64,000 bases of DNA from an uncultured Christensenella sp. (GTDB lineage Bacteria > Bacillota > Clostridia > Christensenellales > Borkfalkiaceae). The translations under genes and the position numbers were made by a program. The notes below the pieces were generated by a model that was not told the DNA's origin, did no database searches, and worked only from the letters and a program-made list of their open reading frames with translations. Shown piece by piece: positions 9,438 to 19,423 of this stretch; position 1 is the stretch's first letter, and every line of letters begins with the position of its first letter. The stretch spans positions 55,342-119,341 of the forward strand of contig CAJUER010000001.1 of assembly GCA_910585705.1 (NCBI GenBank). Direction: 5' to 3'.

Positions 9438-10433
9438 TTATGCGTAAATTTCTTCGTACACTTTATGCGCCGTCTCCGTCAGAACCAAATCGCCGAAGGC
9501 AACGCGTTTTTCAAGTTCGCCCGCAAGCTCTATAACGTCCTGCAAGCGCGTGAAGGAGGCTTCCTTCATAGCCATATCGGTAACCCATGCGTCTATCGAC
9601 TTGTAGCTGTCAAGCGAGGTTTTTACGCTTGCTTCGCTTGTGCCGTCAAAGTAAGGCGTAAGCAGTTTCGCAACATCCGCGCTGTCGTTTGCAAGCAGGT
9701 ACTTCGTCGCTTTGGTCACCGCGCGTAAAAGCCCTTCGATTTTGTCGCCGTGCTTGTTGATATAGCTGTCCTTCGCTATAAAGCAGGTGTAGGGGATTTC
9801 GCCCGACTCTTTTCCGACGGAAGCAACTATGTGACCTTTGCCTTCCGCTACATAGTTTGAAGCCGCAGGCTCGAACATAGTGCAGTAGTCGCCCGTGCCG
9901 CCCTCGAACGCCGCAGTCATCATATTGAAGTTAACATTGGTAACGAAGTTGGCGTTTACTTTCTGGGTTTTGCAAACGTATTCGAAAGTCATAAAGGGCA
10001 CGCCGCCGGGTCTTCCCGCAAGCACGTTCTTGCCTTCCAGGTCGCTCCATTTAAAGTCGGGTTGGGCGGTCCTTCCCACGAGGAAGCTGCCGTCGCGCTT
10101 TGTTAGCTGACCGAATACTTTGGGCGTGTCGGTCGTTCCGCCGACTGCAACGTAGATTGCCGCTTCGGGACCGCAGAAGCCTATATCCGCCGCGCCGGAA
10201 AGCACCGCCGCCATAGTATTGTCCGCGCCGCCGCCGTTCGTCAGTTCGATTTCTATGTTTTCCTCATCGAAGTATCCGAGAGCGTCCGCAAGATACAAGG
10301 GGGCGTAAAACACCGAGTGAGTGACTTCATTAATCTTGATAAGCTTATCGTTCTTTTTACAGCCCGTGAAGGCAAAGGTAAGCACCGCCGCCATACACGC
10401 CGTAAGTAACAAACAGAGAATTTTCTTTTTCAA
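9438..10433 (-). CDS. ABC transporter substrate-binding lipoprotein (NMT1/THI5-like)
   Basis: 331 aa. TTG start, lipobox LTFAFTGC, AAGGAG about 15 nt upstream. Adjacent to its ATPase (2-nt gap). Confidence 0.75.
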   Translation of the reverse strand: MKKKILCLLLTACMAAVLTFAFTGCKKNDKLIKINEVTHSVFYAPLYLADALGYFDEENIEIELTNGGGADNTMAAVLSGAADIGFCGPEAAIYVAVGGTTDTPKVFGQLTKRDGSFLVGRTAQPDFKWSDLEGKNVLAGRPGGVPFMTFEYVCKTQKVNANFVTNVNFNMMTAAFEGGTGDYCTMFEPAASNYVAEGKGHIVASVGKESGEIPYTCFIAKDSYINKHGDKIEGLLRAVTKATKYLLANDSADVAKLLTPYFDGTSEASVKTSLDSYKSIDAWVTDMAMKEASFTRLQDVIELAGELEKRVAFGDLVLTETAHKVYEEIYA

Positions 10434-10494
10434 TGTAAGTATTTTAAACTCCTTAAAAATTTAATAATACATTTTATGCTTTCGGTCATAGCGT

Positions 10495-10524
10495 TTGACA
10501 ACGTCAAGGCGGTTGCGGTATAAT
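10495..10524 (+). promoter_or_regulatory. sigma-A-type promoter for valS
   Basis: TTGACA (10495-10500), 18-nt spacer, TATAAT (10519-10524). GAGG RBS 5 nt before the ATG at 10552. Confidence 0.55.
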
Positions 10525-10551
10525 AATTAAGTATTTTGTAACGAGGTTATT

Positions 10552-13167
10552 ATGGATAAGGTATATAATCCTAAGTCTTTCGAGGACAGACTTTATAAAG
10601 AATGGGAGGAAGGCGGCTGCTTCAAAGCCGTGCGCGACGACGACAAAGTCCCGTTCACTATAGTTATGCCTCCCCCCAACATAACGGGACAGCTCCATAT
10701 GGGACACGCTATGGACGAAACCTTGCAGGACTCTATTATACGCTTCAAGCGTATGCAGGGTTACTGCGCGCTGTGGCTTCCCGGCACCGACCACGCTTCC
10801 ATTGCTACGGAAGTGAAAATAGTCGAGCAGATGAAAAAGGAGGGGCTTTCCAAAGAGTCGCTCGGGCGCGACGGCTTTTTAAAGCGCGCTTGGGACTGGA
10901 AAGCGAAGTATGCGGGACGCATTGTAGAACAGCTTAAAAAGTTGGGCTCGTCCTGCGACTGGTCGCGCCTCACTTTCACTATGGACGAAAAATGCTCCAA
11001 AGCCGTGAGGGAGGTGTTTTTCAACCTCTACAACAAAAAACTTATTTACAGGGGAAGCCGTATAATAAACTGGTGTCCCTGCTGTAAAACCACTCTTTCG
11101 GACGTGGAGGTGGACTATTCCGAAGAGGAAGGTCACTTCTGGCACATAAAATATTTTACTGAGGACGGTTCCGCCGCTTTGGAAGTTGCGACAACCCGTC
11201 CCGAAACAATGTTCGGCGACACGGCCGTTGCCGTCAACCCCGAAGATAAACGCTATAAACATTTAATCGGCAAAAACGTAATTCTTCCCGTATCGAACAA
11301 GCCCATACCCGTAGTCGGCGACGCGCACGCGGATATGGAGTTCGGCACCGGCGTGGTAAAAATCACCCCCGCGCACGACCCCAACGATTTCGAGGTAGGC
11401 TTGCGGCATAATCTGCCCGTAGTCCGCGTTATGAACGACGACGGAACTATGAACGAACTTGCGGGCAAGTACAACGGTATGGACAGGTATGAATGCCGCA
11501 AAAAGTTAGTGGAAGAGCTGAAAGCACTCGGCAATCTTGCCTCGGTTGAGCCGCACGTCCATAACGTCGGACACTGCTACCGCTGCGGCGCCACTGTTGA
11601 ACCAATCGTTTCGAAACAGTGGTTTGTCAAAATGGAAAGCCTTGCGCGCCCTGCGATTCACGCCGTACTTGACAAGAAAATTTCTTTCATACCCGAAAGA
11701 TTTGCAAAAACCTACTACAACTGGATGGAAAACGTCAAGGACTGGTGTATTTCGCGCCAGCTTTGGTGGGGACACAGAATCCCCGTATGGTACTGCAACG
11801 ACTGCGGCAAGGAAATTTGCGCGAAGGACGACGTTAAGGAATGTCCGCACTGCAAAAGCCGCAACCTCGTTCAGGACGAGGACGTGCTCGATACTTGGTT
11901 CTCGTCCGCGCTCTGGCCGTTCTCTACGCTCGGCTACCCCGACGACACTTCCGATTTGGAGTACTTCTATCCTACGGACGTGCTTGTTACGGGCTACGAC
12001 ATAATTTTCTTCTGGGTGTCGAGAATGATTTTCTCGGGACTCGAGCATATGCGCAAAGTGCCCTTCCGCGACGTTTTGATGCACGGACTTGTGCGTGACG
12101 AGAAGGGCAGGAAGATGTCTAAGTCGCTCGGCAACGGCGTTGACCCTCTCGAGGTTATTGATAAATACGGCGCCGACTCTCTGCGCTTCTCGCTGTTGCA
12201 GGGGGTTTCGCCCGGTAACGATACGCGATACTCGGATACGAAGGTGGAAAGCTGCCGTAACTTTATGAACAAGATATGGAACGCAAGCCGTTTCGTAATA
12301 ATGAACAGCGAAGGCAGAAAAATAAAACCGCTTTCGGAAATCAAGCTTCTGCCTGCGGATAAGTGGATTATCGCAAAATTACAGTCGGCGATACGCGACG
12401 TTACTCTTGCAATGAACAAGTACGAGCTGGGCATAGCCTGCCAGATAATGTACGACTTTATGTGGTCGGACTTCTGCGACTGGTATATCGAACTTGTAAA
12501 GCCCGTGCTTTATTCGGACGACACAACAAAGCGCGACGGCGCAATTTCCGTTCTCGTGTTCGTTCTTGAAAACGCGCTCAAGCTTCTGCATCCGTTCATT
12601 CCGTTCGTAACCGACGAAATTTACCGCAGTCTGCCCAATGCTTCGGGCACAATTATGAATAAGGAATTCCCCCGCTATAACGCGAAACTTTCCTATAAAA
12701 AGGACGCGCAGGCGTTCGAGGGGATAATAGATATAATAAGGTCAGTCCGCGCGGTTAAAACCGAGCTTGACTGTCCCCCTTCAAAAAAAGTCAATCTTTA
12801 TATCAGTACGGAAAGCAAGCGGCTTGTTTCCGCCAACGAGGACAGCATATTAAAGTTAGCCGGCGCGAACGACGTAAAGTTTGTTTCTTCGGCTTCGGAA
12901 GCGGGCGAAAACGCCGTAACGAAAGTGCTTGCCATAGGCACGCTTTATATACCTATGGGCGAGCTTGTGGATTTGGAAAAGGAAAAGGCAAGGCTTTCCG
13001 CCGAACTTGAAAAGGTAACGGCGGAGATAGCGCGCGCGGACGGCAAGCTCAATAATTCGGGCTTTATTTCAAAAGCTCCGAAAAAGCTTGTCGACGACGA
13101 GAGGGCTAAACTCGACAAATATATAGCGATGCGCGAAAAGATTTTAACCCAGCTTAAATCGCTGTAA
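10552..13167 (+). CDS. valS: valine--tRNA ligase
   Basis: 871 aa. HIGH motif PPPNITGQLHMGHA, KMSKS motif KMSKSLGN, C-terminal coiled coil. Confidence 0.97.
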   Translation: MDKVYNPKSFEDRLYKEWEEGGCFKAVRDDDKVPFTIVMPPPNITGQLHMGHAMDETLQDSIIRFKRMQGYCALWLPGTDHASIATEVKIVEQMKKEGLSKESLGRDGFLKRAWDWKAKYAGRIVEQLKKLGSSCDWSRLTFTMDEKCSKAVREVFFNLYNKKLIYRGSRIINWCPCCKTTLSDVEVDYSEEEGHFWHIKYFTEDGSAALEVATTRPETMFGDTAVAVNPEDKRYKHLIGKNVILPVSNKPIPVVGDAHADMEFGTGVVKITPAHDPNDFEVGLRHNLPVVRVMNDDGTMNELAGKYNGMDRYECRKKLVEELKALGNLASVEPHVHNVGHCYRCGATVEPIVSKQWFVKMESLARPAIHAVLDKKISFIPERFAKTYYNWMENVKDWCISRQLWWGHRIPVWYCNDCGKEICAKDDVKECPHCKSRNLVQDEDVLDTWFSSALWPFSTLGYPDDTSDLEYFYPTDVLVTGYDIIFFWVSRMIFSGLEHMRKVPFRDVLMHGLVRDEKGRKMSKSLGNGVDPLEVIDKYGADSLRFSLLQGVSPGNDTRYSDTKVESCRNFMNKIWNASRFVIMNSEGRKIKPLSEIKLLPADKWIIAKLQSAIRDVTLAMNKYELGIACQIMYDFMWSDFCDWYIELVKPVLYSDDTTKRDGAISVLVFVLENALKLLHPFIPFVTDEIYRSLPNASGTIMNKEFPRYNAKLSYKKDAQAFEGIIDIIRSVRAVKTELDCPPSKKVNLYISTESKRLVSANEDSILKLAGANDVKFVSSASEAGENAVTKVLAIGTLYIPMGELVDLEKEKARLSAELEKVTAEIARADGKLNNSGFISKAPKKLVDDERAKLDKYIAMREKILTQLKSL

Positions 13168-13176
13168 AGGTGAATC

Positions 13177-14364
13177 ATGGCAAACCACAGAAGAAATGTA
13201 CGCAAGGCGGCTAAAAAATATCCCACACTGTTTCTCGTTCTGGGCATATTGGTTGCGATAGCCGTAATCGTGCTGTTAGTGCTTTACTTTATGAAAATAG
13301 GTCCGTTTAAGCCAAAGCCCGAAAGTGAAGCGCCCGGCGACGGTATAGTGACCGAAGTTGCGGACGCGGATTTGTCAATACACTTTTTAGAGCTTGGCAA
13401 TAAATACACGGGCGACTGCACGCTTATAAAGTGCGGAGATACAGAAGTTCTGATTGACGCGGGTTCGAGAAAGAACAGCGCGGCGACAATCAAAAGCTAC
13501 GTTGACGAGTACTGTACGGACGGCATTTTGGAATACGTTATAGCAACCCACGCCCATCAGGACCATATTGCGGGCTTTGTCGGCAATACGGACGGCGACG
13601 GCAGGACGGGCATACTCTATCAGTACAAGGTCGGAACGCTAATTCAGTTTTCGGGAACCGATACAACGTCGCAGATTTACGGCAACTATTTCAACGCGGT
13701 TAATTATGCAAAAAGTCAGGGAACGGAGGTCTACACCGCAAAACAGTGTTGGTACGAAACGGACGGCGCACGCAAAACCTATTATCTCGATAAGGACGAG
13801 AAGGTTTCTTTAAATATTCTGTATCAGAAGTTTTACGACGAACCCACACGCGGGGACGACGAAAACAATTACTCGGTTTGTACGCTTTTGTCGCAGGTTA
13901 CAGAAAATAAAACGCTTAACTATCTGTTCACGGGCGATTTGGAGGAAGAGGGCGAAAGCAGTCTTGTAGACAGTAACGCTTTGCCCGAAGTCGAGCTTTT
14001 CAAAGGCGGACATCACGGCAGTTATACGGCTTCCTCGCAAAAGCTTTTAAGCGTTATCAAGCCTAAGAACGTTGCCGTCTGCTGTTGTTGCGGCACTGAA
14101 GAATACGACGCCAAACCCGAAAACACGTTTCCGGCGCAAAGTTTTATCGACCGCGTTTCCGCATATACGTCGAACATTTACTGCACTACGCTTATCACGG
14201 ATTACAAACAGGGCAAGTATGAATCTATGAACGGAAATATAGTTTTCTATTATATAAAGAGCGGCGAAGGCGACGGAGAGTTAAAACTTTACTGCTCGAA
14301 CAATTCCGTAATTTTAAAGGATACCGAGTGGTTTAAACAAAACCGCGTCTGGCGCGGAAGATAA
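13177..14364 (+). CDS. membrane-anchored MBL-fold metallo-hydrolase (ComEC C-terminal-domain-like)
   Basis: 395 aa. N-terminal TM helix and HAHQDHIAG (HxHxDH) motif. Confidence 0.75.
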   Translation: MANHRRNVRKAAKKYPTLFLVLGILVAIAVIVLLVLYFMKIGPFKPKPESEAPGDGIVTEVADADLSIHFLELGNKYTGDCTLIKCGDTEVLIDAGSRKNSAATIKSYVDEYCTDGILEYVIATHAHQDHIAGFVGNTDGDGRTGILYQYKVGTLIQFSGTDTTSQIYGNYFNAVNYAKSQGTEVYTAKQCWYETDGARKTYYLDKDEKVSLNILYQKFYDEPTRGDDENNYSVCTLLSQVTENKTLNYLFTGDLEEEGESSLVDSNALPEVELFKGGHHGSYTASSQKLLSVIKPKNVAVCCCCGTEEYDAKPENTFPAQSFIDRVSAYTSNIYCTTLITDYKQGKYESMNGNIVFYYIKSGEGDGELKLYCSNNSVILKDTEWFKQNRVWRGR

Positions 14365-14390
14365 ATTCTAATGTAAGAGGTGTTAAAACA

Positions 14391-15176
14391 ATGGAAGAAC
14401 AGCCTTTGAATGAAAAAAATAGCGGACAGCCGCAGAAGGTTAAAACGGTTGCACGGAATAAGGACGTTATCTGCGACAACCTTTTGACTCAGGCGATTTA
14501 CAGAATAGTGTTCTGCGTAATTTCCGCGCTCGGATGTTTGCTTTCGTTTGGGTTTTTCGATAGAACTTACGGGTCGGAAGAATTTACTTTTTCAAACGAT
14601 TTCTGGCAGTATTATACGAACCTTTCAAACTATTATTGTCTGGGCATAGGCATAGCGGTATGCGCGGATACGTTAAGGAAGCTGCGCAAGGGCGAAACGC
14701 ACGGCAGCAATACCGTTGCGCCCACGCTTAAGCTGTGCGGCGTGGTCATGATTATGGTGACTTTCCTCGTTTATTCTATTTTGCTCGGCGAGCCGAATAA
14801 ACTGGAATTTTGGAACAGTCTCGGAAATCTCTGCTACCATGTAATCGTGCCGATATTGTTCATAGTCGATTTCTTCATATTCGACAAGCACAGACAAATC
14901 AAAATTCTCGACCCTTTAAAGTGCACTTTTATGCCTCTCGGATACGTTGTTTACATACTTGTTTACGGGGCAATATGCAGGGCGGCGGATTTGAATTTCG
15001 AATATCCTTATTTCTTTTTGAACGTGGACGAGCTCGGCTACAGCGGAGTTGTGGGCTGGGTTTTCGCCCTCCTTGCAGTGTTTATCGCGATAGGGTATCT
15101 TATGTTTGTTTACGATAAACTCGTAAAAGAGGACGGTAAGTGGAAACTGGATTTTAAGAACCTAAAAGTCTGGTAG
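14391..15176 (+). CDS. polytopic membrane protein (Pr6Pr-family-like)
   Basis: 261 aa, about 6 TM segments. FWQYYTNLSNYY motif resembles the Pr6Pr family. Weak recognition. Confidence 0.4.
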   Translation: MEEQPLNEKNSGQPQKVKTVARNKDVICDNLLTQAIYRIVFCVISALGCLLSFGFFDRTYGSEEFTFSNDFWQYYTNLSNYYCLGIGIAVCADTLRKLRKGETHGSNTVAPTLKLCGVVMIMVTFLVYSILLGEPNKLEFWNSLGNLCYHVIVPILFIVDFFIFDKHRQIKILDPLKCTFMPLGYVVYILVYGAICRAADLNFEYPYFFLNVDELGYSGVVGWVFALLAVFIAIGYLMFVYDKLVKEDGKWKLDFKNLKVW

Positions 15177-15227
15177 TATAAAGTTTTATATAAATTTTTC
15201 GGACAGAATTAACCGAATGGAGAAAAT

Positions 15228-16742
15228 ATGAAAAGTCAGAGTGTAGTAACCGATTTACGCAGGAAAGTTTTTACGGAAGTTGCGCGCGTTGCGTATGATT
15301 CCGAAAACGTATCTAACGATATAGAGGAAATTCCCTTTTTAATCACGCCCGACGAAGTGCCCAAGTACCGTGAAAATATTTACCGCGAAAGGCAGATAGC
15401 TTCTGAAAGGGTGCGCCTTGCAATGGGGCTTTCGCTCCGTCCTGCAAACAAACCCGTGCATATTACGGCAGGCGTTGACAAAAGCACGATTGCGGAAAAA
15501 TATTACGAACCGCCTTTAATGCAGGTTATACCTTCCGCATGCGACAAGTGCCCCGATAACGAATATTACGTTTCCGACCAGTGTCGCAACTGCGTGGCGC
15601 ATTCGTGTATTAAAAACTGTCCTAAGGGCGCAGTTTCCATCGTCGACGGCAAATCTTATATCGATCAGTCGAAATGTATAAAATGCGGCAAGTGCAAGGC
15701 GGCTTGCCCTTACGACGCAATTGCGCATCATGTTCGCCCCTGCGCTTCCGCGTGCGGAGTAAAAGCCATTTCAACCGACGAATACGGCAGGGCGCACATC
15801 GATACGGATAAGTGCGTGGCGTGCGGTCAGTGCATGTCTGCATGCCCGTTCGGCGCCATTGCAGACAAATCGCAGATTTTTCAACTTATTCAAGCTATCA
15901 AAAAGGGGGACGAGGTGGTGGCGGCGGTCGCTCCCGCAATCATAGGGCAGTTCGGTCCTAAGGTTACGCCGGGTAAGCTTAAATCGGCATTGCTCGCGCT
16001 CGGCTTTAAAGACGTGTACGAGGTAGCGGTTGGCGCGGACGTCGGCTGCATCGCCGAAGCACACCACTATGTGAATGAAGTGACTACGGGTAAACTCCCT
16101 TTTCTTTTCACAAGTTGCTGTCCTGCGTGGGCGGTGCTTGTTAAAAAATACTTCCCCGATTTGGCAGGCAAGGTTTCCGAAGAACTTACTCCTATGGTGG
16201 CGACGGCGCGTTCTATTAAAGTCAACCGTCCCGACGCAAGGGTGGTGTTCATCGGTCCGTGCGCGGCAAAAAAACTCGAAGCTTCGCGCACGTCGGTGAG
16301 AAGTTATGTGGACTTTGTAATCACGTTTGAAGAGCTTGCAGGTATGTTCGACGCTAAGAACTTAAAGCTCGAAGAGCTGGAAGATCTGCCTGTCAGCTTC
16401 AAAGCTACAGGTGCCGGCAGGGGCTACGCCTGCGCGGGCGGAGTTGCCAGCGCGATAGAAAAGTGCATTAACGAATACTATCCCGAAGCACAGGTTAAAA
16501 TTCAGCACGCGGAAGGGCTTTCCGACTGCAAAAAGGTTTTAACGCTTGCTAAGGCGGGCAAGCTCAACGGATACATGATAGAAGGTATGGGCTGTCCCGG
16601 AGGTTGCGTCGCGGGCGTCGGCACGATTATTCCGCCCGAGCGCGCGAAAGCTGCGGTCGAGCAGATTGTAAAGCAAAGCACGGAAATTATTCCTCCGCGC
16701 GAAATGGAAGACCTTGCCGAAAAACTTTCCAAAATGAACTGA
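15228..16742 (+). CDS. [FeFe]-hydrogenase (monomeric, with two ferredoxin-type 4Fe-4S motifs)
   Basis: 504 aa. CIKCGKCKAACP and CVACGQCMSACP clusters. H-cluster motifs TSCCPAW, GPCAAKKLE and EGMGCPGGCVAG. Confidence 0.8.
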   Translation: MKSQSVVTDLRRKVFTEVARVAYDSENVSNDIEEIPFLITPDEVPKYRENIYRERQIASERVRLAMGLSLRPANKPVHITAGVDKSTIAEKYYEPPLMQVIPSACDKCPDNEYYVSDQCRNCVAHSCIKNCPKGAVSIVDGKSYIDQSKCIKCGKCKAACPYDAIAHHVRPCASACGVKAISTDEYGRAHIDTDKCVACGQCMSACPFGAIADKSQIFQLIQAIKKGDEVVAAVAPAIIGQFGPKVTPGKLKSALLALGFKDVYEVAVGADVGCIAEAHHYVNEVTTGKLPFLFTSCCPAWAVLVKKYFPDLAGKVSEELTPMVATARSIKVNRPDARVVFIGPCAAKKLEASRTSVRSYVDFVITFEELAGMFDAKNLKLEELEDLPVSFKATGAGRGYACAGGVASAIEKCINEYYPEAQVKIQHAEGLSDCKKVLTLAKAGKLNGYMIEGMGCPGGCVAGVGTIIPPERAKAAVEQIVKQSTEIIPPREMEDLAEKLSKMN

Positions 16743-16754
16743 CGGATTTTTTGA

Positions 16755-16775
16755 AAGCCCCGCGCGTCGGGGCTT
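16755..16775 (+). terminator. GC-rich hairpin after the hydrogenase gene (weak terminator, no U-tract)
   Basis: AAGCCCCG-cgcgt-CGGGGCTT. The downstream sequence is A-rich rather than T-rich. Confidence 0.3.
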
Positions 16776-16805
16776 AAAATTTATAAAAAAGGCGATAACT
16801 CAACT

Positions 16806-17657
16806 ATGTACGACGTTGCGATTATAGGAAGCGGACCTGCGGGAATTTCCGCCGCAATCAACTTAAAAATACTCAATAAAAATTTTATATGGTTTTCAAG
16901 CCGTACCGTGTCGAAAAAGGTAGGTCAGGCTGAATTTGTCAAAAACTATTTGGGACTGCCCGACGTTACCGGCGGCGAGCTTGCCTGGACGTTCCGCAAC
17001 CATTACGAGAGTATGGATATTAAGCCCGAAGAAAAGACGGTGACGGGCGTTTACAGGACTGAAGGGCATTTTACTCTGCTTGCGGGGAATGAAAACTATC
17101 TTGCAAAGTGCGTAATTCTTTGCACGGGCGTTCAGACGGAAAAGCCGCTCGAAGGCGAAGAAGAGTTTTTGGGACGCGGCGTAAGCTATTGCGCAACGTG
17201 CGACGGAAATTTGTATAAGAACAAAAAAATAGCCGTTCTCTGCACGGACAAGCAGTTCGAGCACGAGGCGGAATTTCTTGCGGAGCTTTCCAAAAAAGCT
17301 TACGTTATGCCTATGTATCGCGGATATGAAATAAAGTCGGAAAAAGCCGAAGTCATACTCAAAAACCCCGTAAAGGTTTCGGGAGGTATGAAGGTTGACA
17401 AGATTCATTTTAAGGACGGCTTTATAGAAGCGGACGGCTTGTTTATTTTGCGCGGCTCAGTTTCGCCCGCAACTCTTGTTCACGGGTTAAAGACGGAAGG
17501 CGGACATATTTCCGTCGCGCGCGATTTGTCGACGAATATCAAGGGAATTTTCGCTGCAGGCGACTGCACGGGCAGACCGTACCAGTACGCAAAATCCGCA
17601 GGCGAGGGGAACATAGCCGCACATTCCGCAGTAGAATATCTTGCAAGCCTTAAATAA
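16806..17657 (+). CDS. thioredoxin-reductase-like FAD/NAD(P) oxidoreductase
   Basis: 283 aa. GSGPAG dinucleotide motif, redox CATCDG, GDCTG. Confidence 0.7.
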   Translation: MYDVAIIGSGPAGISAAINLKILNKNFIWFSSRTVSKKVGQAEFVKNYLGLPDVTGGELAWTFRNHYESMDIKPEEKTVTGVYRTEGHFTLLAGNENYLAKCVILCTGVQTEKPLEGEEEFLGRGVSYCATCDGNLYKNKKIAVLCTDKQFEHEAEFLAELSKKAYVMPMYRGYEIKSEKAEVILKNPVKVSGGMKVDKIHFKDGFIEADGLFILRGSVSPATLVHGLKTEGGHISVARDLSTNIKGIFAAGDCTGRPYQYAKSAGEGNIAAHSAVEYLASLK

Positions 17658-17676
17658 TAAGTTGAGACGGGCTAGC

Positions 17677-17717
17677 GCCGCGCGGATTTTAATTAAGCGA
17701 AATCCGCGCGGCGTTTG
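17677..17717 (+). terminator. intrinsic terminator
   Basis: GCCGCGCGGATTT-loop-AAATCCGCGCGGC 13-bp stem followed by GTTTGT. Confidence 0.55.
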
Positions 17718-17759
17718 TAATTACTTGCAATAAAGCACGCCGCGTGTTAAAATATCTCT

Positions 17760-18698
17760 ATGAAATTTACCGAACTAACTATACATACTTCCAGCGAGGC
17801 GAGCGAGCTTGTCGCCGACGTTTTGTGGCGTTACACTAACTACGGCGTAGCCATTTCCGACGTGAAGGACGTAATCGCCCTGCAACGCAACAAAGCGATG
17901 TACTGGGATTATATAGACGAAAATTTAACCATAGGCGGCGACGTACTTGTCAAAGCCTTTATCGCGCTTGACGAGGCGGCGGAAACCGTTCCCGAAATCC
18001 GCGCCGATTTGGAGGCGCTGAAAGAAAACGGCGCCGCATATTTTTCGTTCGGCACGCTCGAAAGCACACAGCGCACCGTCGAGGGCGACGATTGGCTGGG
18101 AATATGGCGCAAGCATTTCCGCCCCATTCACATAGGCGAAAAAATAGTGGTTTGCCCCGAATGGATAAGCTATGAAAAACAACCCTTCGAGCAGGTTGTC
18201 AAGCTCGATTCGAATATGGCTTTCGGTACGGGCGAACATGAAACTACGGCAATGTGCCTTAAACTGTTACAGCAGTATTTAACGCCCGACAGCGTGTGCG
18301 TAGACGTGGGTTGCGGAAGCGGAATTCTCGGTATTTCCGCTGTGAAGCTGGGCGCAAAATTTGCGTATCTTACCGACATTGACGACATAGCGGTCAAGAG
18401 CGCGACGCACAATGCGCAGATAAACGGCGTGTCGGAAAAAGTAAAAGTTGCCCGTGCCGACCTTTTGGACAGCGCGGAAATAAAGGGCGACATTCTGCTT
18501 GCCAACATAACGGCGGAAATACTTTGCCGCCTTGCGCCGTCTATACCCAAAAATCTGAAAAACGGCGGTACGCTTATTTTAAGCGGCATTATTGAAAGTC
18601 GCCTGAACGTTGTTTACGAAGCGTACAAAGCGCAGGGGCTTATACCCGATAAAGAGATAAGAGAGGGCGAGTGGTACGCGCTTTCGTTTAAATTATGA
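17760..18698 (+). CDS. prmA: ribosomal protein L11 methyltransferase
   Basis: 312 aa. DPGMAFGTGxHxTT-like block (SNMAFGTGEHETT) and SAM motif DVGCGSGILG. Confidence 0.9.
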   Translation: MKFTELTIHTSSEASELVADVLWRYTNYGVAISDVKDVIALQRNKAMYWDYIDENLTIGGDVLVKAFIALDEAAETVPEIRADLEALKENGAAYFSFGTLESTQRTVEGDDWLGIWRKHFRPIHIGEKIVVCPEWISYEKQPFEQVVKLDSNMAFGTGEHETTAMCLKLLQQYLTPDSVCVDVGCGSGILGISAVKLGAKFAYLTDIDDIAVKSATHNAQINGVSEKVKVARADLLDSAEIKGDILLANITAEILCRLAPSIPKNLKNGGTLILSGIIESRLNVVYEAYKAQGLIPDKEIREGEWYALSFKL

Positions 18699-19423
18699 GC
18701 GGACGTAAAAGATTCTTCATTGACAAAATCGAATATCCCCAAGAAACCGAAGTTACGCTTAGCGGCGAAGAGTTCGTGCATGCCCGCACCGTTCAGCGCA
18801 TAGAGTCGGGTACGGAAATTACTTTGCTTGACGGAAGCGGAAACGAATATTCCGCAGTCGTATGCAATGTAGGCAAGCGCGATTTAACCGCGCATATTTT
18901 AAGCGCGGAGAAAAGCTGCCGCGAACCGCTTACGAAGATTTATTTGCTGTGCGGCGCGTTGAAAGGCGACAAAACCGAGCTTGTAGTGCAGAAGGCGACG
19001 GAGCTGGGCGCGTCTGAAATTGCGGTGTTCCAGTCGGAATACTGCGCCGCGTATATGAACGCTAATAAGCTTGAAAGATTGCAGAAAGTCGCGCGAGAGG
19101 CGGCAAAGCAATGTATGCGCGCGTGCGTGCCGGAAATAAAATATTACGGTAATTTAAAAGATGCACTTGCTTCTGCGAAAGGCTGTAAAAACAAACTGTT
19201 TGCGTGCGAGTTCGCAACCTCTTCCGAAACTGATATAACCTCACTCAGCGGTGTGACCGCGATTTTGGTCGGCAGCGAGGGCGGCTTTTCGCAAGCGGAG
19301 GCGGAGCTTTCGGCGGAATACGGTTTTTCGCGCATAACGCTGGGCAGGAGAATACTCCGCGCGGAAACGGCGGCGGTTGCTTTGACCGCGCTCGTCTCTT
19401 ACGCGCTTGGAGAGCTTAAATGA
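18695..19423 (+). CDS. rsmE: 16S rRNA (uracil1498-N3)-methyltransferase
   Basis: 242 aa. ATGA overlap with prmA. C-terminal LVGSEGGFS...LGRRILRAETA SPOUT block. Confidence 0.85.
   Translation: MSGRKRFFIDKIEYPQETEVTLSGEEFVHARTVQRIESGTEITLLDGSGNEYSAVVCNVGKRDLTAHILSAEKSCREPLTKIYLLCGALKGDKTELVVQKATELGASEIAVFQSEYCAAYMNANKLERLQKVAREAAKQCMRACVPEIKYYGNLKDALASAKGCKNKLFACEFATSSETDITSLSGVTAILVGSEGGFSQAEAELSAEYGFSRITLGRRILRAETAAVALTALVSYALGELK

Noticed and set aside
9438-10551. TPP riboswitch in front of the NMT1/THI5-like binding-protein operon
   Set aside because: The minus-strand leader lacks the conserved CUGAGA / ACCUGAUCUGGAUAAUGCCAGCG-type elements and is too short.
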